This document shows positions 39,017 through 49,149 of a stretch of DNA of 64,000 bases, in pieces (positions within the stretch are counted from its first letter, which is position 1; the number at the start of each line of letters is the position of its first letter). This DNA is from Mobula hypostoma (Eukaryota). A program made the translations under genes and the position numbers. The stretch lies in assembly GCF_963921235.1 (NCBI RefSeq), contig NC_086097.1, forward strand, positions 28,894,001 through 28,958,000. Reading direction: 5' to 3'. Under the pieces are notes generated by a model that was given only the letters and a program-made list of their open reading frames with translations, searched no databases and was not told where the DNA came from.

Positions 39017-39794
39017 TATTGGATTCTGGTATTTAAATTTGAGGTTCTTTCAGAAATCAAGAAAGAGACACAATCACAGTCATTTTATTAAGTGCTTATA
39101 GAACAAAAGAAACAGGAGTAGAAGCTAGTAGCAGAATATTTAAAGACAAAACTAAGATGCTAAGAAGATTAATCTTAAGATTCTAATATGGAGTTGCTTT
39201 GTGCTTAGCTATCTTATATCCATAAAAATAAGGAATATTCCATTCAAATTTCCAAATAAGAGTCAACCAATCAGAAGTCACTTATTCAATACTGCAATAT
39301 CAAGTCAACTAATGAGAAAACACTTATTCAAGTAATGCAGAACAAAGAAGCTTTCAGAACTTTCCAGAATTATAGTTTCTATAGCCACTAAAGACAATAT
39401 AAACTGTTGTATGCATATAAGAACTGCTTAAGATACAAACAGATAATTGTCAAACTGCAAAAGAATATAACAGTAAAACATTCTAATCCAAGAACTAAAC
39501 AGTCAGATCCAACAATCCCCTTAGATTCTAAATCACACCTTTAGAATCATCACATCCGAAATTTCAGAGGCAGAAAAACTTGTGGTATCTGTGCTAAGAA
39601 TAAAATAATTTAAAAACTACTTATGTTATAAAACATCAAAGGATATATATTCTTCAAAGTATTCATAAGATTATGTCATGGTTAAGCAGAGTAGTAGGCA
39701 CACATGTAAGTTTGAACCATTAATGATTGCAATTAAACAAGTAAAAATGTAAATTATGATAAAGCACAATAGTATGAATATTAACCTCAGCTTC
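39017..39794 (-). repeat. ERV 3' LTR; the U3-proximal end and PPT appear deleted
   Basis: Manual count of 36 mismatches over the 280-nt block 39241-39520 against the 5' LTR; homology ends at ...aacctcagcttc and joins directly to env TM sequence. Confidence 0.88.
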
Positions 39795-41361
39795 TGAGAC
39801 TTAATTGAATCCATTCAAAGAAATGCCACCCGTCAGATTGATGTATTTTAGCTGCTTCTTTACAAATGTGATCAGCCAAATTAATTATGTCTTCATGTCT
39901 TCAGATATGTCAGGTACAACACTCCTTGCCTGTAACTGCTTATGTTCCCCACTTAACTGCTAGGAGAAGATCTCATACCATATGATTTTGAAAGGCCATC
40001 TTAGGCATGGCGACCATTTCAGTTTTAATTTTTCTCAAGGCTTCAGTAATGTCTTTGCTTATCTTTCTAAAGCTACAGCAGCATCTCTCTTATACTCCTT
40101 GCAACGTCATAAAACGGGAATAAAATTGATTCAAAATAATCTCTTTCTGAAATGTCTCGTTTACTTCCAGACTTGGGAGGTAAAGGTAAAGAGTGTGTGT
40201 ATGTCTCATGGCAAGAAAAACATTTCAACCAATTACGTGGAAGAGGTTCATCTTCCATTTTCACACAAAAGGCATGTACTGTTCCATGAACTTAGACCAT
40301 TTCTTATTACTCGACAGCAATTTGTTGAATTGTAATTTTTTTTCTGATTGTCCATGAAAATTCCAGGGTTGTTACCCCATTTGCGACAACGTAAAGAGTA
40401 ACTGCATGAACTATGCCCTACTGGAATAGTGTCTTCTGAACTCAAGCAAAAGGTAGCTTTTATAGAGAACACATGAGAAGCTTTAATAGCTTTGTCACAA
40501 ACATTAGCTGTGGATATATCCCAGGATAAGACGTAAATAAGGTCAGACATGATATTCTCTAGATCATGCTGATTACATGAGGCCCTCGGCCGGTCAGGGC
40601 TGACCATGAATATTGCTTCCTTGCTGTCTAAGTGACATGCAAGCCAGGGCAGCACGATATGGAGAGTGAGCTGTTGTCCACGCAGCTGATGAAACCAAAG
40701 GAACGAAAGAGACTGGCATTAGCAGCTTTACAAGAGTTACCAGTCAGCATCGAAATCTACATAGGACTGCCTTAGGAACTCCAAGCTTGGGATTTTTCCT
40801 CTTGGTTTACTCCTGAAGCCTTCCCTGTGAGCCGGTATAGCCACAAATCAGTGGAGATTTGAGATCGGTTTTCATTCTCCTAGATGAGCTGACAAGCCCC
40901 ATCTGCCCAACTGGAATAGTTCATGCAATTACACTTTACGTTGTTGTAAACTGGGTAATGACTCTGGGATTTTCATGGACAATCAGAAAAATATTACAAT
41001 TCAACAAATTGATTATATTTACATGAATGATCCAGTTTAAGACAATACAGTATGAGGGGGGCATGATCATCTCTCTTGAGAATAATGAATCACAGGAATA
41101 ATGTCAACACCGCCATTGCTGGAGTATTTAATAAAGAGGGTGCATGTTTGTTCTTGACCTGCAGGAATGCCCAGCATTTGTGAATATTTTGAAGTTTATG
41201 ATATATATTGACATACCCAACAGCTAGAGTCATTAACAGCATCAACAAATTCACATGATACTCCCAAATATACACTATGAATCACCTCAATTGTCACATT
41301 ATGAGTAGGGGAAAATTGTCAAAAATATAACAACAACTAATAATATTAGAATGATCTTCAT
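39795..41361 (-). pseudogene. ERV env remnant (gamma-type envelope)
   Basis: Signal peptide MKIILILLVVVIFLTIF from 41361; NDSSCWVC (CXXC at 41211-41222); SKR|DISERDYFESILFP cleavage/fusion region near 40160; FQNHMV*DLLLAVKWGT*AVTGKECCT at 39913-39993 (decayed ISD plus CX6CC). Confidence 0.9.
40550..40910 (-). mobile_element. Short non-autonomous retroposon inserted in env, resembling an RTE-type 5' UTR
   Basis: Interrupts env; minus strand begins GGGCAGATGGGGCTTGTCAGCTCATCTAGGAGAA; family assignment from memory only. Confidence 0.4.
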
Positions 41362-41452
41362 AATGTCTAGTAGTCGTTGACTAGCTTGAAGTTCTTCTGG
41401 CTGGTTAGTGATCTGGTCACTGTAACCCAGCAGCACAGGCATTGTAACCAAG

Positions 41453-42730
41453 TGAATTGAATTGAATTGACTCTATTACTTACATCCTTCGTATACATGA
41501 GGAGTAAAAATCTTTACATTATGTCTCAGTCTAAATATACAATGTGTAATTTATAATAAATGGCATGTACAACAGGATAGTCAATATAACTTAGAAACAC
41601 AGTTGTGTCAACATGAATTAGCAGTCTGATAGTCTGGTGGAAGAAGCTGTCCTGGAGCCGGTTGGTTCTGGCTTTTATATTGCGGTACCGTTTCCCGAAT
41701 GGTAGCAGCTGGAACAGTTTGTGGTTGGGGTGACTCAGGTCCCCATGATCCTTCAGGCGTTTTTTACACACCTGTCTTTGAACTGTCCCGAACAGTGGGA
41801 AGTTCACATCTACAGATGCGCTGGGCTGTCCGCACCACTCTCTGCAGAGTCCTGCGATCGAGGAAAGTACAGTTCCCATACCAGGCAGTGATGCAGCCAG
41901 TCAGGATGCTCTCAATGCCTCTATAGAATGTTCTTAGGATTTTGGGGGCCCACACCAAACTTCTTCAACTATCTGAGGTGAAAGAGGCGCTGTTGTGCCT
42001 TTTTCACCACACAGCCGATATGTACAGACCACCTGAAATCCTTAGTGATGCGTCTACCGAGGAACTTAAAGCTGTTCACCATCTCAACCCCAGATCCATT
42101 GATGTCAGCAGGGGTTAACCTGTCTCCATTCCTCCTGTAGTCCACAACCAGCTCCTTTGTTTTTGCGACGTTAAGAGAGAGGTTGTTTTCTTGACACCAC
42201 TGTGTCAGGGTGATGTCGACTTCTCTGTAAGCTGCCTCGTTATTATTTGAGGTTAGGCCAATCAGCGTAGTGTCGTCAGCAAATTTAATTAGCAGATTGG
42301 GGCTGTGGGTGGCAACACAGTCATGGGTATGCAGGGAGTAAAGGAGGGGGCTTAGTACACAGCCCTGAGGGGCACCTGTGTTGAGGGTCAAAGGGCAGAG
42401 GTGAGGGAGCCCACTCTTACCACACCTGCCAGCAATCTGACAGGGAGTACAGGATACAGCCACACAAGGCAGGGTGAAGCATTAGGTCTCCGAGCTTCTT
42501 GTCTAGCCTGAAGGGAATTATGGTGTTGAATACTGAACTGTAGTCCAAGAACAGCATTCTCACATAAGCATCCCTCTTCTCCAGATGAGTAAGGACAGTG
42601 TGAAGAGCTGTGGCTATTGTGTCATCTGTCGTTTGGTTGTGTCGGAAGGTGAATTGTAGGGGGTCCGGTGTGGGTGGTAGCATGCTGCAGATGTAGTTCT
42701 CGACCAACCTCTCAGAGCATTTGCTTATTA
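41453..42730 (-). mobile_element. 5'-truncated Rex1/Babar-like LINE between ERV pol and env
   Basis: RT motifs [16 protein letters not shown] and KFADDT; (aattg)n tail; same family as 57430-58925. Confidence 0.9.
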
Positions 42731-42789
42731 TAGGTGTTTACTAAGATGTTAACTACAGAGCTTGTTGTCCTTGTTGGATAGATACCACA

Positions 42790-43415
42790 GTAGCTCGCTT
42801 GCAGTGGCTGGCGTGTATCAACTTAATTTTACCTTCTACGTTCACTGCTGAGTTGGTAGTCAACAGCACTCGATAAGGACTTTCCCATCAAGCTCCCAGT
42901 GATTCCTTATGCGGTTTCTTAATCAGGACCCACCACCAGGAATCAGGTTCTGTCCTCCTTCTGTTGGACCCTCCAAGTGGCAGAAACGTGTTGAGAAGCA
43001 GGCTGTACAGCTTGAGTTAATTTCACACAATACTTCTCTGCCATAACGTGTATATCAGCCTCTCTCAGATCGGGGGCCCCTGGAAGTGACATAGTTACCT
43101 CCTTGAATGGACATAGGTTAGTTTTTTTGTATGGGGTTGCTCAGATGCTCCACAAGGCCACAGGAAGAGCTGTAGGCCATGGTACCTCTTCCCTCATGAT
43201 ACTTAGTCTGAATGATGTGGGCATTGGAAAGACAATTCAATGTTCATCAGTCAACATTATTCCAGTGAAATGTGTTCTTTGGTCAGAGTCAATGTGACAC
43301 AACAATCCCCAGCCTGGAGTACAGTCCTTGATTAGAGATGTTGCTGTGTGTGTGTGTGTGGCAGTAGCTTTCCTTGCGGAATAGTTTCCACACATCTTGA
43401 AAACATGTCCACTAT
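42790..43415 (-). pseudogene. ERV integrase core and C-terminal remnant
   Basis: IVDMFSRCVETIP...PGWGLLCHIDSDQRTHFTG...WPTALPVALWSI*ATP...WVLIKKPHKESLGA*WESPYRVLLTTNSAVNVEGKIKLIHASHCKR: first two D residues of DDE and a GPY/F-type C-terminal domain. Confidence 0.9.
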
Positions 43416-46400
43416 TACTTTATTATCGCCAAACAATTGATACTAGAGCGTACAATCATCACAGCGATAGTTGATTCTGCATTTTGCGCTCCCTGGAGTA
43501 CAAATCGATAGTAAATATTAAAAATTTTAATTATAAATCATAAATAGAAAATAGAAAAGGGAAAGTAAGGTAGTGCAAAAAAACCAAGAGCCAGGTCCAG
43601 CTATTTGGAGGGTACGGCCCAGATCCGGGTCAGGATCCGTTCAGCAGTCTTATCACAGTTGGAAAGAAGCTGTTCGCAAATCTGATCGTATGAGTCTTCA
43701 AGCTCCTGAGCCTTCTCCCGGAGGGAGGAGGAATGGAAAGTGTGTTGGCTGGGTGGGTCGTGTCCTTGATTATCCTGGCAGCACTGCTCCGACAGCGTGC
43801 GGTGTAAGGTGAGTCCAAGGACAGAAGATTGGTTTGTGTGATGTGCTGGGCTGTGTTCAGGATCTTCTGCAACTTCTTCCGGTCTTGGACAGGACAACTT
43901 CCATACCAGGTTGTGATGCACCCTAGAAGAATGCTTTCTACAGTGCATCTAATTTTCCCCCAGGATCAATAAAGTATGACTATGACTATGACTATGACTA
44001 TAAAAATTAGTAAGGGTTTTGGGGGACAGGCCAAATTTCTTTAGTTTTCTCAGGAAGTAAAGGCGCTGGTGGGCCTTCTTGGCAGTGGACTCTGCTTGGT
44101 TGGAGCAAGTCAGGTCATTTGTGATATTGACCCCGAGGAACTTAAAGCTTTTGACCTGTTCCACCTGTGCACCACCGATGTAGAAGGGGTTGTGCAGTCC
44201 GCTACTCCTTCTGAAGTCAACAACCAATTCCTTTGTCTTGCTGACATTGAGGGATAGGTTATTGTCTTCGCACCATGCCACCAGGTCTTTAATTTCCTCT
44301 CTGTACTCAAACTCATCATTACCCGAGATACGGCCTACAATTGTGGTGTCATCAGCAAACTTATATATTGAGTTCGATGGAAACTTGGCTGCACAATCAT
44401 GGGTGTACAGTGAGTACAGCAGGGGGCTGAGTACACAGCCTTGTGGGGCACCGGTGCTCAGAGTGATTGTAGAGGAGAGCTTGTCCCCTATTTTTACAGC
44501 CTGGGTCCTGTCTGTGAGGAAGTTGAAGATCCAGCTGCAGATCTGAGTAGTAAGGCCCATGTTCCAGAGCTTAGGAATCAGATTATTTGGAATGATGGTA
44601 TTAAAGGCAGAACTGTAGTCAATGAAAAGGAGCCTTACGTATGCATCTTTACTCTCCAGGTGTTCTAAGGAGGAATGTAGGGCCAGGGAGATGGCATCTG
44701 CCGTTGACCTGTTGCTCCGGTAGGTGAATTGCAAAGTGTCGAGGTTGACCGGTAGGCTGTGGTTGATGTGTGCCATAACCAATCTCTCAAAGTACTTCAT
44801 GGCAATTGATGTCAGAGCCACAGGTCGATAGTTATTCAGGCATGCCACCTTGCTCTTCTTCGGCACTGGGATTATCGTTGCCTTCTTAAAACACGAGGGG
44901 ATCTTCGACTGAAGCAGGGATCAGTTGAAGATGTCAGCAAACACTCCAGCCAGCTCACTTGCACAGGCCCTGAGAACCTGTCCTGGGACACCATCTGGGC
45001 CCATTGCCTTCCTTAGATTTATCTTCAGGAAGGCCCTTCTAACGTCCTCCTCGGTGACGATGAATTTCGATGCCACCAGGTCCGGTTCATCCGGAGGGAG
45101 AGAGACACTCCTCTTCTGTTCGAATCTTGCGTAGAATACGTTAAGTTCGTCAGGAAGAGAAGCGCCACAGATATTGATATTCCCAGCCTTTTCTTTGTAC
45201 CCAGTGATCTCATTTAGACCCTGCCATAGTCTACTGCCATCCTTTTGGTTAGCCTGGGCTTCCAACTTGGCTCGATATTGCCTCTTGGCGCCCTTAATAG
45301 CTTTCCGGAGTTCACGCCTGAATTCCGTGTAGCGACTGGTATCCCCGGACCTAAAAGCCGCAGCTCTAGCCTTCAAAAGGGACTGGACCTCATAATTGAT
45401 CGAAGGTTTCCAGTTAGGGAATACCCGGATCGTCTTGCAAGACACACAGTCCTCTGTGCATTTCCAAATAAAGTCTGTGACAGCTGAGGCATACTCGTCG
45501 AGGTTAGCTGACGAGTCCTTGAATACTAACCAGTCCACCGATTCAAAGCAGTCACGGAGGACCTCATCCGTTTCCTCTGTCCAACGCGACACTACTTTTG
45601 ACACCGTGACCTCCTGCTTCAGTTTCTGTTTGTAAGCCAGAAGGAGGAGTACGGCCTGATGGTGGATTTTCCGAAGTGAGGTTGTGGGACAGAGCGGTAG
45701 GCATCCTTGACTGCTGTGTAGCAGTGGTCAAGTATATTCGGGCCTCTAGTGGGGCAGGAGACATGTTGGTATAACTTTGGCAGCGCCTTTCTGAGGTTGG
45801 CCTGGTTAAGGTCCCCAGCTGTAATGAGCAAAGCCTCTGGATACCAGGTCTCAAGTTCACTGATGTTGGCATACAGTATGTTCAGAGCACACTCCACGTC
45901 TGCCTGGGGGGGAATATAGACCACTGTCAGTATGACCGAGGGGAATTCCCGTGGCAGATAGTAGGGACGACACTTCACCGACAGGTGTTCCAGGTCCGGG
46001 CTGCAGGAGCTTGTCAGTGCCACTGTGTCTGAGCACCACGCAGTGTTGATCAGAAGGCAAACACCATCTCCCCTCATCTTGCCCGAAGACACCATGCGGT
46101 CCATCCGATGGATCGAAAATCCCTCCAGTTGGATGGCACAGACGGGTGTGGCAGGGGAGAGCCAGGTCTCGGTGAAACAGAATACACAGCAGTTCTGCAT
46201 CTCCCTGCAGTAGATGAGTCTCCCTTTAAGATCATCCACCTTGTTCTCTATGGCTTGCACATTAGCTAGTAGGATGGTGGGCATAGGGACCCTGAAGCCC
46301 CTCAGCTTCAATCTGACCAGCAGCCCAGCTCTTTCCCAACGCTTCCTCGGTAAGTAGTGCATCTTTCCAGGTTTCCATCGATGCAGTGTGTTGTTGGCAG

Positions 46401-47200
46401 CTCTTTGAGGTAGGTGGACGTGTCCCACGGGGATTGATCGGCGGGTTGCATCATTGGGCGCTCCAGGTCAGGCCAAGTGACGGGGGAGGCTCCACTGCCA
46501 CCTCCAGCTGCCGGGGGCCCAGGCTGTCAATCAGGTTGGGCCCTGAAGCTGACACTTAATCCCAGAGGACCAGGCTGCTGGCTGAATCGGGCCCCAGAGC
46601 CAAAACTTATCCCGGAGGGCCGGGCTGCCGGCTGGATTGGGCCCCGGAGCCAACTCTTGGCCCCGGAGGGCCGGGCTGTCGGCTGAAACAAGTCCGTGAG
46701 CTGAGTCACGGTTGCAGAGGCCTCCGCTCCAGCCGAGCCTCGGGCTCAATTTCCGAGGTCAGCGGCGGAGGCCTCACTTCCGGGAGCTGTGGATGGCCAC
46801 CTACAGGGTTGTCGCTCCGGGGAAGAGCCTGGGGCACCTTGATGTCTCCAACGTCACTTCTGTGTGGTTGTCTGCTCTGGAGAGGTGCTGGTCGGAATGG
46901 GCCATGTCTCCAAGTGCTCCGGCATGGTAGCAGGCCGCGGGCCTCCGGGAACGTGGTGGGCCTCGGACCAGGCCTCGCTGGTCGGGTCCAGGTGCGGTCC
47001 AGAGTTTAAGAAGCAATTTTGGCACGGTGATCTCCAGCTGGGTCTGTAGCTTCGCCAGGGTGTTGTTGATCTTGCTATATGTAGCAGGTTGGAGGTTTAG
47101 AAGGGTTTCTCGGGTATAGGATAGTGTGGAGGGCAGTTTGCTCAGGAGAGCACATGCAGAGTCACCAGATACCAATGCCGTTACACAAGTACAAGGAAAG
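43416..47200 (-). mobile_element. Near full-length Rex1/Babar-clade LINE inserted into the ERV integrase
   Basis: APE endonuclease (ORF 45619..46428; FTETWL, GDLN) and RT (ORF 43949..44866; [13 protein letters not shown]); GC-rich 5' region; several frameshifts; 5' boundary approximate. Confidence 0.92.
46510..46686. repeat. ~50-bp GC-rich tandem repeat (~3.5 copies) in the Rex1-like LINE 5' region
   Basis: Unit cccggagggccgggctgccggctggattgggccccggagccaa at ~46561, 46611 and 46662. Confidence 0.8.
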
Positions 47201-47217
47201 GTGTCTGAGTATTTGCA

Positions 47218-47450
47218 TGTCTGAGTATCTCTGACACTTCGGTGAAGAAATGTGGTCCACTTGGACCAGGTGGGGCAGGAGCACTTAATTGTGGTAACTT
47301 TCCCACTGCTCCAGGATTTACTTTCTGGCATTTCATGCATCTTTCAAATGTTTGTCAAGCTTGTGCCCTGAGCTATGGATTCCACCACCATTGGGAGAAT
47401 CTGTTGATCATCTTCTGCAATCCAATGAGTCCATTTGCTGTGCCAGGTAA
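47218..47450 (-). pseudogene. ERV integrase N-terminal zinc-binding remnant
   Basis: Manual translation: YLAQQM...QKMINRFSQWWWNP*LRAQA*QTFERCMKCQKVNPG...APAPPGP..VDHISSPKCQRYSD; stops and frameshifts present. Confidence 0.85.
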
Positions 47451-47888
47451 TCTTGTATGTTTGTCTGAGATTTAGAGTTCAACTTTGTTTCCATATTTCC
47501 AGCTGTCGGGTTTACTGCATGTATTCTTGGTGCTTCTTTTAAATGGATGCTGCTTTCCTGCGGCAATGCTTCGTGTAGATGTGCTCAATATTTAAGTCTT
47601 CTTATGCACTCTACTAGTTCACAAGAATTTATTACCTTTTTTCATGCTCCACTGCTTATACAAATTTACTTTTTGACACTCTACTGGCTTGTGTACTTAA
47701 TCCATGCTCTATCAGTTTGCATGTGGCTCTATCATGTTGCATTTCTTCTTTAAAGGTCTATTTTTAAAATAGCAGCCTGGCAGTTCCCCTCTCCCATCTC
47801 CTATCTGATGACCTAGAAGCTAGAAATAAGTTTTTGCTCAGACAATTTGGAACACAAGAGGAAGTTCTTACCCCTTTTGTTGCATGCA

Positions 47889-47906
47889 ATCCTGCCAACT
47901 ATGCCA
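47889..47906 (-). promoter_or_regulatory. Retroviral primer-binding site, tRNA-Ser
   Basis: Minus strand TGGCATAGTTGGCAGGAT, 2 nt after the LTR CA; the complement of the vertebrate tRNA-Ser(AGA) 3' end is TGGCGTAGTCGGCAGGAT; both differences are CpG transitions. Confidence 0.88.
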
Positions 47907-47908
47907 CT

Positions 47909-48898
47909 TGTTGGATTCTGGAGTTTAGATCCAAGATTCTTTCAGAAGTCAAGAAAGAGGCACAAAACTTGTTGCTTCACAATCATTTTATTAAGTGCTT
48001 ATAGAGCAAAGGAAAAAGGAGCAGAAGCTAGTAGCAGAAAGCTTAAAGGCCAAACTAAGGTGCTCGGAAGATTAAGATACTAAGATGGTGGTACTTTGTG
48101 TTTAGCTATTTTTATACCCATAGAAATAAGGAAAATTCCATTCAAATTTCTAGATAAGAGACAACCAATCAGAATTCACTTACTATATACTGCAGTATCA
48201 AGTTAACTAATGAGAAAACACTTATTCAAGTAATGCAAAACAAAGAAACTTCCAGAGATTTCCAAAATTGTACTTTGTATAGCCACTAGAGGCATATTAA
48301 ACTGTTATATGCATATAAGAATGACTTAAAATACAAGCAGATAATTGTTAAACTACAAAATAATATTACAGTTAAACAGTCTAATCCAAGAACTAAACAG
48401 TCAGATCCAACTATCCCCGTTTGATTCTAGAATCATTATATCTGAAATGTCAGAGGCAGAAAAACTGTGGTATCTGTGTTAAGAATAAAATAAACAAAAA
48501 ACTACTTAACGTGAAACATCAAAGGGTATATATCCTTCAAAGTATTTATATGATTATGTCATGGTTAGGCAGATCAGTAGACACACATTAGAGTTTGAAC
48601 TATTCTATTAATAATCATCTTTAAACCAGTAAAAAAAGATATAAATTATGATAATGAATATTAGTATGAATATTATGACATATTGAGTAACCCCAGCTTC
48701 TCTACTGTAATGCCAAGTTCTTATTCAAGAACGTCCAGAGCTTACCAGAATTATACTTTATATAGCCACAAGAGGCATATTAAACTGTTATATGCATAAA
48801 AAAACTACTTAAAATACAAGCAGATAATTAACTGTTAAACCTCAAAGAAAATAACAGCGAAGCAGTCAAATCTAAGGATTAAACCGCTGGATCCAACA
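47909..48898 (-). repeat. ERV 5' LTR (~990 bp) with an internal U3 duplication
   Basis: Direct repeat of 39017-39794; TG...CA termini; minus-strand TATA-like gtataaaa near 48110-48117 and AATAAA near 47987-47992; ~48730-48898 repeats ~48245-48412. Confidence 0.88.
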
Positions 48899-49149
48899 GA
48901 GGTTGAAGTACAGTTACGGAATAAAATGTTCATAAGTACATAAATACCAGCTTGTATTTACATTGTAAGCAGCATTATAAAATGCTTAAAGTGCTTACAG
49001 TGCCATGCAGTGTCAGGGATAATAGACAGAGGGGGGTGGGAGGGTTAACTAGAATGATTGATCAGATTAACTGCCCAGGGGAAGGTATACCTCCCAATGC
49101 ATGATTAAACAAAGATAACAGGTGCTAGTGAGTTGAATGACCTAAACTG

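Larger units (their letters stand above)
39017..48898 (-). mobile_element. Degenerate, internally deleted class I (gamma/epsilon-like) endogenous retrovirus with nested LINE insertions
   Basis: Paired LTRs; terminal inverted repeats TGTTGGAT...ATCCAACA; 4-bp TSD gtgg (39013-39016) / gagg (48899-48902); PBS, integrase and env remnants in retroviral order. Confidence 0.92.

Noticed and set aside
40686..40708. Hammerhead-like CTGATGA...GAAA in the env insert
   Set aside because: No stem II pairing and no NUH/stem III after GAAA.
39795..41361. Domesticated syncytin-like env gene
   Set aside because: Multiple stops and frameshifts, an insertion, an inversion and no visible membrane anchor.
46801..47340. 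179-aa ORF as a host gene
   Set aside because: The start lies out of frame in ERV integrase sequence and the rest is LINE leader.
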